From: Kiritimatiella glycovorans
GTDB taxonomy: Bacteria; Verrucomicrobiota; Kiritimatiellia; Kiritimatiellales; Kiritimatiellaceae
Reading direction: 5' to 3'
NCBI RefSeq assembly: GCF_001017655.1
Contig: NZ_CP010904.1
Location: 1,050,001-1,082,000, forward strand
Length of the DNA: 32,000 nt
Shown here: positions 8,543-16,871 of the stretch, one piece after another
Numbering within the stretch: the stretch's first letter is position 1
Layout: each line of letters begins with the position of its first letter
Notes under the pieces: generated by a model
The model's input: only the letters and a program-made list of their open reading frames with translations
What the model was told of the DNA's origin: nothing
Databases searched by the model: none
Translations under genes and position numbers: made by a program

Positions 8543-11131
8543 ATGAAGATACAAAAAACAAAACGATGGCTCGCTGCCTTCGCGGCGGTGTTAATGGCCA
8601 GCTCCGTCGGCTTTGCCGACAGCTATGAAACCCCGCATCGCTGCGGGGAGTGGGGTGCGAACTGGATCGGGCGTTCGGCGGAGCAGGGCTTTGACGAACC
8701 GTTCGTCTACCTGCGCCGCGCGTTCGAACTCGAGGCCGCGCCCGCCTCGGCGGTCCTTCACATTTCCGCCAGCCGTTCCTACAAGCTCTATGTCAACGGC
8801 TCCTTTGTCGGCAACGGCCCGGCGCGCAACGTCAACCCGCGCTATTTTTACGACAGCTATGAGGTGGCTTCGCTCCTTCAGCCGGGCGACAACGTGCTGG
8901 CCGTGGCCTACGAAACGGCGGGAGGCTATGAAGGCGTCATCGCCCAGCTGGAGATGAGGGACGGCTCCGGAATGATCGTCCAGACGCTCGTCACCGATGA
9001 GAGCTGGAAGCTGGCCGTCGCGCCCTGGGTGGACTCCGGTGCCTACACGGCGGGGCATCATCCGACCGAGGTCTTCAACGCGCGTTTCGAACCGGCGGGC
9101 TGGATGAGCACCCCATTCAACGACAGCCGCTGGTCGGCGGCCAACCTGATGGGAGCGGGGATCCAGAAACCGGTGGTGGGACCGGACAAGAACGTCGTGC
9201 TCGAGCCGTCGCTCATTCCGCACTATGTCCGCGCGACCCTGCGCCCGGAAAAGATCGAATTCGTCGGCGAGGTGACGCAGTTTCTCGGCCAGACCGGGCT
9301 TTCGGCGGGCATCCAGATGGCCACGGAAATTCCGCGTCCTTCCAGGCATACGCGCATCGAAAATGCGGAAAGCCTGCTGGACGGTTCGGGCGGCCCGGCC
9401 GTGGCGTATCCGCAGTATCCCTACAACGACCTGCGCTCGTTCTACACCTACTGGGACAACCATGACGACGTTCCCGAGTTGCGCGATCCCACGATCATCC
9501 TCGACTTCGGAACGATCCGGAACGCCTTTATCTCGCTCGACGTCGAAGCGCCCGCCGGCGCAGTGGTTGATATTGCCTGGGGCCAGATGCTGATCGACGG
9601 GCGCGTGCCCACCATCCTCTACTGCCGCACCAAAGGAGCGGATGGCGAAGGAAAACCCAACCAGCTCAACGCCCATCGGCTCTACCTCAACGGGCGGCTG
9701 GACTGGGAGAGCTTCAACTACCAGAGTTTCCGCTACCTCCAGCTCACCTTCCGGCGGCTTGACGGTCCGCTCAAATTGCACGGCGTCGAGGCGGTTGCCT
9801 CGGGCGTGCCCTGGAAACAGCGCGGCGCATTCCGTTCCTCCGATCCGCTGCTCGAGCGCTTCTTCAAGATGTCGGGCAATACCGTGCGGGCGGCCAGCTA
9901 CGACGCCTTCATGGACAACACCATCCGTGAAAAGACGATCTGGGGCGGAGACATCTGCGAGGGATCCGTCGGCTCCTGCTTGCCAGTGTATGGTGACGTG
10001 CCGATCCTGCGCAATTACATGACGCTTTTCGCCCGCAGACAGGACGAACAGGGGCAACTGCCCATGAGCGCATTCAGCGGCGTGCCGGGGGCATTCTCCG
10101 CCCACTCCTACCGGACGGGCTACTGGATGACTGAATACGCTTTCTGGTGCAACGACTCGGAGCTCTACCGAAAAACCTTCTGGCCGGTCGTCACGCGTCT
10201 GCTAGACCACTATGAGGGAGAGCAGGACGAGCGCGGTCTGCTGCGGCAGGCCACCGGAGCGCAAGTGTGGGTCGATTGGTCCACGCTCTATATGCCGGGC
10301 CGATCGGTTCCCTACGATGAGAAGAACTTTCTATCGGTGCCCGTCAACCTGCTTTACTGCTCGCTGCTCAAGAAGGCGGCCGATGTGGCCGAGGGCTTTG
10401 GTGAGACCGACCAGGCGCGGAAATGGCGCGACAATGCCGAACGCGTCGGCCGCGCGGTCTACGAGGATTTCTGGGACGAAGAGGCCGGGCTCTACCTGGA
10501 CGGCGCACGCAACGGCTACCTCTGTTCCTCGCACTCCGAACACGCCAACCTGCTGGCGCTGATGCATGGTCTCGGCGGCGAAGGGCGTCGTGAGCGCATC
10601 CTGACTGCGCTCAGCGATCCCGAACGCATCGGCGAGATCAGCCAATCCGGCGCGCCCTTCATGTTCTGGCCGCCCGAAGCGCTCTTCGCCATCGGCGAGG
10701 ACCAGGCCGCGCTCGAGCTGATGCGTGATCGTTATTCGCGCTTCCTGCGCATGGGGATCGACACCTTCTGCGAAAACTGGACCTGGAGCTGCGGTGCCAA
10801 TAGCTGGGAAACGCGCTACCGCAGCCTTGCCCAGAACGGAGCCGGATCCCCGGCCTACCACATGCTCACCAACGTCCTCGGCGTCCGGCCAACGAAACCT
10901 GGCTTCGCCGAATTTGAAGTTCGCCCGCAGCTCGGCGACCTCGAATGGGCGGAAGGCGTTGTGCCGTCACCTGCTGGCGACATTCCCGTCCGCTGGGAAA
11001 AGAAGGGCGGCGCACTGCATCTGGAGATCACCGTCCCGGCCGGCACCCGGGCCACCGCCATCGCGCCCAGTGGTGAAAGGACATCCCTCCCAGCAGGAAT
11101 CCATCGCGTGAAGATGGACATGGGAGAGTAA
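8543..11131 (+). CDS. Secreted GH78-family alpha-L-rhamnosidase-like protein (paralogue III, divergent, no LamG tail)
   Basis: The ATG at 8543 follows AGGAGA. Signal peptide: MKIQKTKRWLAAFAAVLMASSVGFA. N-domain-like block: LHISASRSYKLYVNGSFVGNGPARNVNPRYFYDSYEVASLLQPGDNVLAVAY. Other GH78-like elements are the REKTIWGGD motif and the typical C-terminus ENWTW...GAGSPAYHMLTNVLGVRPTKPGFAEFEVRPQLGDLEWAEGVVPSPAGDIPVRW. Confidence 0.75.
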   Translation: MKIQKTKRWLAAFAAVLMASSVGFADSYETPHRCGEWGANWIGRSAEQGFDEPFVYLRRAFELEAAPASAVLHISASRSYKLYVNGSFVGNGPARNVNPRYFYDSYEVASLLQPGDNVLAVAYETAGGYEGVIAQLEMRDGSGMIVQTLVTDESWKLAVAPWVDSGAYTAGHHPTEVFNARFEPAGWMSTPFNDSRWSAANLMGAGIQKPVVGPDKNVVLEPSLIPHYVRATLRPEKIEFVGEVTQFLGQTGLSAGIQMATEIPRPSRHTRIENAESLLDGSGGPAVAYPQYPYNDLRSFYTYWDNHDDVPELRDPTIILDFGTIRNAFISLDVEAPAGAVVDIAWGQMLIDGRVPTILYCRTKGADGEGKPNQLNAHRLYLNGRLDWESFNYQSFRYLQLTFRRLDGPLKLHGVEAVASGVPWKQRGAFRSSDPLLERFFKMSGNTVRAASYDAFMDNTIREKTIWGGDICEGSVGSCLPVYGDVPILRNYMTLFARRQDEQGQLPMSAFSGVPGAFSAHSYRTGYWMTEYAFWCNDSELYRKTFWPVVTRLLDHYEGEQDERGLLRQATGAQVWVDWSTLYMPGRSVPYDEKNFLSVPVNLLYCSLLKKAADVAEGFGETDQARKWRDNAERVGRAVYEDFWDEEAGLYLDGARNGYLCSSHSEHANLLALMHGLGGEGRRERILTALSDPERIGEISQSGAPFMFWPPEALFAIGEDQAALELMRDRYSRFLRMGIDTFCENWTWSCGANSWETRYRSLAQNGAGSPAYHMLTNVLGVRPTKPGFAEFEVRPQLGDLEWAEGVVPSPAGDIPVRWEKKGGALHLEITVPAGTRATAIAPSGERTSLPAGIHRVKMDMGE

Positions 11132-11143
11132 TTGCTGATGAAC

Positions 11144-11203
11144 GGAAAAATGCAGATCGCGAATAAGAAAGAGAGAATGGATTGGATCGCGAATCACACA
11201 GCG
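11144..11203 (+). repeat. Bipartite GATCGCGAAT direct-repeat module, copy 1
   Basis: This 60-nt block is identical to 21073-21132 at 54 of 60 positions. GATCGCGAAT occurs at 11155-11164 and 11185-11194, 30 nt start to start. The block begins 13 nt after the GH78-III stop codon. Confidence 0.8.
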
Positions 11204-11220
11204 CGGACGCTCCGCAACCG

Positions 11221-11330
11221 AATTTGAAACCACAAATGCGCAAAAACCACAAAATGTACGACTCCTGATAATGAATTGTAATCTATTCATTCTGTGTCTT
11301 TTGTGAATTTTGAGGTTAATAGACGTTGCC
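11221..11330 (+). promoter_or_regulatory. AT-rich island with inverted repeats, a candidate internal promoter or operator region for the sulfatase-to-GH106 genes
   Basis: This is the largest non-coding gap within the cluster (11132-11381) and is much more AT-rich than its surroundings. The inverted repeat aatgaat (11270-11276) / attcatt (11285-11291) is bracketed by cacaaaa (11248-11254) / ttttgtg (11299-11305). I could not place a convincing -35/-10 pair. Confidence 0.3.
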
Positions 11331-11381
11331 AGGAAAACAAGCCGATTTGCGGCCCGGAAAACCGATAAGGAGAAGATTAAG
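11331..11381 (+). repeat. Conserved leader module, copy C (upstream of the sulfatase gene)
   Basis: tttgcggcccggaaaaccgataaggaga (11346-11373) matches copies A, B and D. The 5' arm of the hairpin is reduced to gccg. Confidence 0.7.
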
Positions 11382-13448
11382 ATGATTCTACACAAAACAA
11401 AACAATGGATCGCCGCGTTCGCGACGGTGGTGATTTTAAGCGGGGGTTCAGCGGCGGCGGAAAGGCGGCCCAACATTCTGCTGATGCTGTTCGACGACAT
11501 GGGGTTTTCGGATCTCGGTTGTTTCGGCGGCGATACGCATACGCCAAACATCGACCGGCTGGCGGAGGGCGGCCTGCGTTTCAGCAACTTCTACAATGCC
11601 AGCAAGTGCGAACCCTCGCGCGCGGCGCTGCTCTCGGGCCTCTTCCACAAGCAGGCGGGAATCGGCTACGAAAAAGGTATTGAAACCGGCGTCACGCTCG
11701 GCGAGGTGCTGCGGACCGCAGGCTACCACACCATGGCACTCGGCAAGTGGCATGTGGCGGGCAACCCCTACGAGCGCGGCTTCGACCGCACGTTCGGCTG
11801 GATTCTGGGCTGCCCCGACTATTTCCGTGCCGATCTGACCGGCAATGCCGGGTTCCACAAGGACGGCAAGCCGTTCAAGGTGCCGCAGGATTATTACCTG
11901 ACCCGCCTGCTGGCCGACCAGGCGCTCGAATTTCTCGACGACCATCAGGCAAAGAATCCGGAACAGCCGTTTTTCATGTACTATGCCATCTCCGCGCCGC
12001 ACTGGCCGATCATGGCGCCGGAGGAAACGATCGAGGAAAACGTGCCGACTTATGAGGCCGGTTGGGACGAAATCCGTCGTCGCCGGTTTGAGCACCTGCG
12101 CGAACAGGGGCTGATTCCCAGGGATTGGAAGCTGACGCCGCGCCCGGAGAGCATTCCGGAGTGGGAGGCGATGCCGCCTGAAGAGCAGGCCTTCGAGGCG
12201 CGCCGCATGGCCATCCATGCCGCCATGATCCAGGAGGCGGATAAAAACTTCGGGCGCATCCTCGACCGACTCAAACAGCAGGGCGAGCTCGACAATACGC
12301 TGATTGTGATTCTCAGCGACAACGGTGCCACCGGGATGGAGACGCGCCGCCGCGGCGTCTGCGGCGAGCCGGGCAGCCTGTGGTTCATTGGTGTCGGCTG
12401 GGCCAACACCTGCAACACGCCATTCAAGCACTACAAGGTCGCGCAGTCCCACGGCGGCACCCGTACCGCCATGGTTGCCCACTGGCCGAAGGGAATCGCC
12501 GATCCCGGCGGCATCCGCGACCAGCGGCTGCACATCATCGACATCATGCCCACCTTCGCCGAACTGGCCGGGGCGGACTACCCGACGACGTTCAACGGCA
12601 AGGCCGTCCCGCCGCCTGACGGCGTCTCGTTTGCTTCGCTGTTCAAAAAAACGGCTTCGGATTTTGAGCGACCGCCGCTCTACTTCGAAATGCTCAACAA
12701 CAAGGCGGTCATCGACGGCAAATGGAAGCTGGTTTCCGACTACAACCGGCCCTGGGCACTCTACGACCTGGAAAAAGACGGCACCGAAACGACCGACCTT
12801 TCAAAGCAGTATCCCGAGCTTGCGAAACGGTTGCAGGAGATGTGGGAGGCCCACGACCGCGAATTCCCCAACAACGAGCGGCGGGCATGGAAAGAACACC
12901 AGCGCGTTCCGCTCGAGCCGCAGCATCTGGAACCGTTCGGTGCCTCGAAGCGGAGCGGGGGCATGCCTGCCTCCGGGGTGCTGGCTGAATGGCATAGCAC
13001 CGCTGTGTCCGAAGGGTTTAAGGGAACCCCGCAGTGGGAAGCCAACGGCGCGGTCATCCAGCTCGACGAATCCCGCTTCCGTGCCGACTACGGCCCGACC
13101 GACCGGTTTGCCTACAGCCACATGAACGGCAGCCGGCTCGACCCGGAGCGCTACATCCAGATTATGGTGCCGTCCGGAAAAAGGCTCTCCGGGCTGGACG
13201 TGAACATCTATTCCTCCAAAGCCGGGCCGCAAAAGGCGGCCCTTCGTTCGAACGCGGACGGCTTTGCAGTCAACGTCGCCGAGTTTGATCTGACGCGCGG
13301 CGAGCACAACCGGATCGAAGCCGATTTGTCCGCCTGCCCGCAGGCCGCCGAGCTGCGCCTGTACCTCTGGGATGCCCGGGGTTTTCAGAAAGGCTGGCTC
13401 AGCGATAACGGGGGCACCCCCGCCGTAGTGCTGAAGGGATCGGAATAG
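11382..13448 (+). CDS. Secreted S1-family (formylglycine-dependent) arylsulfatase with an uncharacterised C-terminal extension of about 165 aa
   Basis: The ATG at 11382 follows AAGGAGA. Signal peptide: MILHKTKQWIAAFATVVILSGGSAAAE. N-terminal metal-site motif: PNILLMLFDDMGFSDLGCFG. Formylglycine motif: SKCEPSRAALLSG (C-x-P-x-R). Also present are KWHVAG and ILSDNGA. The tail from about residue 525 matches no motif that I recognise. Confidence 0.9.
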   Translation: MILHKTKQWIAAFATVVILSGGSAAAERRPNILLMLFDDMGFSDLGCFGGDTHTPNIDRLAEGGLRFSNFYNASKCEPSRAALLSGLFHKQAGIGYEKGIETGVTLGEVLRTAGYHTMALGKWHVAGNPYERGFDRTFGWILGCPDYFRADLTGNAGFHKDGKPFKVPQDYYLTRLLADQALEFLDDHQAKNPEQPFFMYYAISAPHWPIMAPEETIEENVPTYEAGWDEIRRRRFEHLREQGLIPRDWKLTPRPESIPEWEAMPPEEQAFEARRMAIHAAMIQEADKNFGRILDRLKQQGELDNTLIVILSDNGATGMETRRRGVCGEPGSLWFIGVGWANTCNTPFKHYKVAQSHGGTRTAMVAHWPKGIADPGGIRDQRLHIIDIMPTFAELAGADYPTTFNGKAVPPPDGVSFASLFKKTASDFERPPLYFEMLNNKAVIDGKWKLVSDYNRPWALYDLEKDGTETTDLSKQYPELAKRLQEMWEAHDREFPNNERRAWKEHQRVPLEPQHLEPFGASKRSGGMPASGVLAEWHSTAVSEGFKGTPQWEANGAVIQLDESRFRADYGPTDRFAYSHMNGSRLDPERYIQIMVPSGKRLSGLDVNIYSSKAGPQKAALRSNADGFAVNVAEFDLTRGEHNRIEADLSACPQAAELRLYLWDARGFQKGWLSDNGGTPAVVLKGSE

Positions 13449-13472
13449 GAATCCAAAACATGAGGAATTATT

Positions 13473-16400
13473 GTGGATAAGAATGGATCGGGGATAGAGC
13501 GGGCGAAATCCGTCTGTGGGGTGCAGACGTTGAAGACTTTTCGAAGGGCAGTCTGCGCAGGGGTCTGCCTGCTGGCGGGCGTGGCCCAGGGCCAGGTTGT
13601 CTGGGACGGCGACTCCGGCGGAGCCTGGACCGTCGGCGGAAACTGGGTTGGCGGCATCGCGCCGGAGGCCGACGATTCCCTTCAGTTTTCCGGGGCCAAC
13701 GTTACCAATCACAACGACTTCGTTGCTGGAACGGCCTTCGCGGGCATCGATTTTGCCGCTGGGGCGGGGGCCTTCACCCTTAGGGGAAATTCGATTGCGC
13801 TGGGTGGAAACATCGTGAACAACAGCACGACCCCACAGACCATTGATCTTGATATGGCGCTGGGCGCGACCCGAACGGTCACCACCACCGCGGGCGACAT
13901 CATCATCAGCGGCAACCTCAGCGGGGAGGGCGGGCTGAGCAAGGGAAATTCAGGCGGCACGCTGACCCTTGCCGGCACCAATTCATTTACCGGAAGGCTG
14001 TGGGTACAGCGCGACGTGGTTTCGATCCATGAGCTCGACGGCAACGGAACGGATGATATCTGGATGGGGACGGGCTATCGAAGCGCCACGCTGCAATACA
14101 CCGGCAGCGGGGAGAGGACGACCCGTGGTATCCGTTTTTCGAGCGGCGCAGGCCAGACCCATCGCATCGACCAGAACGGCTCAGGCACACTCGAATTTTC
14201 CGGCACTCTTTCCCAGGCTTGGGATTCGGCCGGCTACACCTTCGCGCTGGGCGGGTCGGGAAGCGGGGTCTATTCCGGTATCATCGACGACGGAACGGAC
14301 CCTGCCGGCCAAATCACGGTGCTCAAGGACGGCCGCGGCGTCTGGACGCTGATGGGGACCAACCGCTATCTCGGCGGCACCATGGTCAATGACGGGACCT
14401 TGCGGATCGATGGCGACAACCGTGCCGCCACGGGTACGGTGACGGTGGCCCGTGCGGCCACGCTGGCAGGCCTCGGCCTGATCGGCGGGGACGTGGTGCT
14501 CGAAGGAACCCTCCGACCGGGCGGTGCGCTGCCCGGAACCCTGTCCATTTCCGGCGGGTTGACGAGCGATAGCCGTTCCGAGGTGGTCTTCCGCATCGAC
14601 GACCCGACCTGCTTCGATCGGCTGGCGGCATCGGGCGGAGTGGAACTCAACGGGCAAGTCACCGTATCGCTCGATCCGGGCTACAGTCCCGCCGCCGGCG
14701 ACACGTTTGATCTCGTTTCCGGCGCGATCAGCGGGACGCCGGTTCTGGAGCTGCCCGCACTGACGGAACCCGGGCTGGCATGGGATACCTCCCGTTTTGC
14801 CTCCCATGGCGAAGTGTCCATCATCCGTGATGCGGGACCGGACGTGCGCTATGCCTTCTGGCTCGGCCAGGATCCTTCGCTCAGCGGCCCGGACACGCTG
14901 GCTTCCGCCGACCCCCATGGAACCGGTCACAGCAATCTGGCCCGCTATTTCTTTGGGGGCGCTCCCTCCGCCGATGGCCTCCCGGTGCCTCCCCGGATTG
15001 CAGTGGAAGGCGATGAGGCGGTCGTGCGCTTTGTGGGATTGCGATCAGGGTCCGACGCTGCCGAGTATAAGGTTTTGAGTTCAACCAACCTTGTCATGGA
15101 CGCGCTGGAAGTGGATGCGGAGCTCTCCGCAGCAATCGAGGACGATCCCGACCAGAGCGGGGTTCTCCGTCCCGGCGACTATGTCCGCCGACGGTTTTCC
15201 ATCCCCGTGACTCAACCCGGGTTCTTCCGCATCCGGGCGGTGGACAACCTGACCGACTTCGCCGCGCCCGGGCAGGATCTTCAGCTCGATACCGGCACCT
15301 GGACGGTTGATTTCCCGATCCCCTACAGCAGCAGCGGAGGTTCGCTGACGGTCACCGGCAGCGGAACCCTCATCCTCTCGGCCGACAACACCCATACCGG
15401 GAGCACAACAGTCAATGGCGGGACCCTGCTGGTGGATGGAGATTCCAGCGGTGCCACCGGTGACGTGCACGTCGCGTCGGGTGCCGTGCTGGGCGGGAGC
15501 GGAACTCTCGGAGGGGCGGTTTATCTCGCCGAAGGTGCCCGCTTCCGGGCCGACGCCACGCTCTCGGCCGACGCCTTCAGTTTCGGCGGCTTTACGGTGC
15601 GCGATATCGACGGCCTCGATCCCGATCCGGCACCCGGCACCTATCCGTTGATCACCGGGAATATCGATACGCAGAACATCCAGACCGTCGGCCGCGAAAA
15701 CTCGGTGCGCATCGGCGACCGCAGGCTCTGGTTCGAGCTGGCGCCCGACGCGCTGCTATACCACGTCGAGATGGATATCGACGTAACTGCCTACGGCGCT
15801 GTTCCCGACGACGGGCAAGACGACGCGGCCGCGTTTGAAGCGTCCCTGAACGATATCATCTCCCGGGGCGGCGGCACCCTGCGTGTCCCGCCGGGCAATT
15901 ACGATTTTGCATCGAGGAGGGTAATTGACCTTGGGGGCGCGGCGATCGAGATCCGGGGTCATGGCAAGGGCGTATCCGTTTTGCGCGGCAACAATAGCGA
16001 CGGGGTCTGGTGGTTCAACAATTCTTACGCCGCGAGCGCATTGGCCATTCAGGACCTGACTTTCGCGCCGAATAACGGCGGCAATGCGGGCACGGCTCTG
16101 GAGGTTGACAATCCGGCGCTGCCGACCGATCCGGACCTGAGCACCCTCGAGATGCGGTCGGTCGATTTTCAGCCGACGGATTCGCTGGTCGATTACTTCC
16201 AGGTTCATGTCCGGGGTGCTTTCCTGCAAAACGCCCGCTTCGACGATGTGTTTATCCGCGGGGTGCGGGGCTCGGAGTGGGACGGGGACTGGAAGCTCGC
16301 CGAATACGGATTCGATTTGTCGGATGGCGACGGGGCCGCCTTCGTGAACTGCTACTCGAAGAACAACCAGTACGGCTTCTGGCTGAGCCGATACCGCGGG

Positions 16401-16853
16401 GCCGTGGTTTTCGATCGCAGCAATGCCGTCCAGAACCACACGGGCATGCGGGTCGCGGCGCCTGCGGACGCGATCTGCACGGTGGATGTGCTCCACTGCC
16501 ATATCAACACCTTTGTACGAAACCTGAAGATCATCAGAGCCGACCGCCTCTCAGTGCTGGAACTGGCCTCCTATGTGCAAAACGAGATCCCCAATCCGGA
16601 TACGTTCAAGGATATCGTGATCACGGATAGCACCGACGTCTCGATTCTGAGCTGCGCGTTTAACCAGCCCTTCGCTCTCAATCGCGTTCAGATCGACCTG
16701 ATCGGTTCCACGCAGGGAGTGCTGATTCAGGGCAACGTTTTTAACGGCCACTACTGGAACGGAACGGGGAATACCGTCACCGTGGACATGGATGCCGGCG
16801 TGTCGGACGTGGATGAAACGCAGAACCTCTATCCCCCGGAACCGCAGTGGTAA
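13473..16853 (+). CDS. Large secreted protein: N-terminal autotransporter-associated beta-strand (PATR-type) repeats fused to a C-terminal pectate-lyase-3-type right-handed beta-helix domain
   Basis: Repeated G-T-L-x-L-x-G-x-N-x-y-x-G-x-T blocks: GTLTLAGTNSFTGRLWV, VWTLMGTNRYLGGTMVNDGTLRIDG, GTLILSADNTHTGSTTVNGGTLLVDGD. The C-terminal part starts with DVTAYGAVPDDGQDDAAAFEASLNDIISRGGGTLRVPPGNYDF, the classic N-terminal signature of the pectate-lyase-3 / tailspike-like beta-helix. The start is uncertain. The track uses the GTG at 13473. A TTG at 13530 would give MKTFRRAVCAGVCLLAGVAQG. Confidence 0.8.
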   Translation: MDKNGSGIERAKSVCGVQTLKTFRRAVCAGVCLLAGVAQGQVVWDGDSGGAWTVGGNWVGGIAPEADDSLQFSGANVTNHNDFVAGTAFAGIDFAAGAGAFTLRGNSIALGGNIVNNSTTPQTIDLDMALGATRTVTTTAGDIIISGNLSGEGGLSKGNSGGTLTLAGTNSFTGRLWVQRDVVSIHELDGNGTDDIWMGTGYRSATLQYTGSGERTTRGIRFSSGAGQTHRIDQNGSGTLEFSGTLSQAWDSAGYTFALGGSGSGVYSGIIDDGTDPAGQITVLKDGRGVWTLMGTNRYLGGTMVNDGTLRIDGDNRAATGTVTVARAATLAGLGLIGGDVVLEGTLRPGGALPGTLSISGGLTSDSRSEVVFRIDDPTCFDRLAASGGVELNGQVTVSLDPGYSPAAGDTFDLVSGAISGTPVLELPALTEPGLAWDTSRFASHGEVSIIRDAGPDVRYAFWLGQDPSLSGPDTLASADPHGTGHSNLARYFFGGAPSADGLPVPPRIAVEGDEAVVRFVGLRSGSDAAEYKVLSSTNLVMDALEVDAELSAAIEDDPDQSGVLRPGDYVRRRFSIPVTQPGFFRIRAVDNLTDFAAPGQDLQLDTGTWTVDFPIPYSSSGGSLTVTGSGTLILSADNTHTGSTTVNGGTLLVDGDSSGATGDVHVASGAVLGGSGTLGGAVYLAEGARFRADATLSADAFSFGGFTVRDIDGLDPDPAPGTYPLITGNIDTQNIQTVGRENSVRIGDRRLWFELAPDALLYHVEMDIDVTAYGAVPDDGQDDAAAFEASLNDIISRGGGTLRVPPGNYDFASRRVIDLGGAAIEIRGHGKGVSVLRGNNSDGVWWFNNSYAASALAIQDLTFAPNNGGNAGTALEVDNPALPTDPDLSTLEMRSVDFQPTDSLVDYFQVHVRGAFLQNARFDDVFIRGVRGSEWDGDWKLAEYGFDLSDGDGAAFVNCYSKNNQYGFWLSRYRGAVVFDRSNAVQNHTGMRVAAPADAICTVDVLHCHINTFVRNLKIIRADRLSVLELASYVQNEIPNPDTFKDIVITDSTDVSILSCAFNQPFALNRVQIDLIGSTQGVLIQGNVFNGHYWNGTGNTVTVDMDAGVSDVDETQNLYPPEPQW

Positions 16854-16871
16854 AACGATCAAACAGGCAAT

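Noticed and set aside
11150-11227. Small ORF MQIANKKERMDWIANHTA... within the GATCGCGAAT module, with a second copy at 21079-21180 (MQIANNKESMAWIANHTA...)
   Set aside because: The differences between the copies are non-synonymous, and the C-terminal parts are unrelated. The apparent peptide repeat (IAN...IAN) simply mirrors the DNA-level direct repeat. The GGAGGA in copy 2 directly abuts the ATG, which is poor spacing. I treated the module as a nucleotide-level element.
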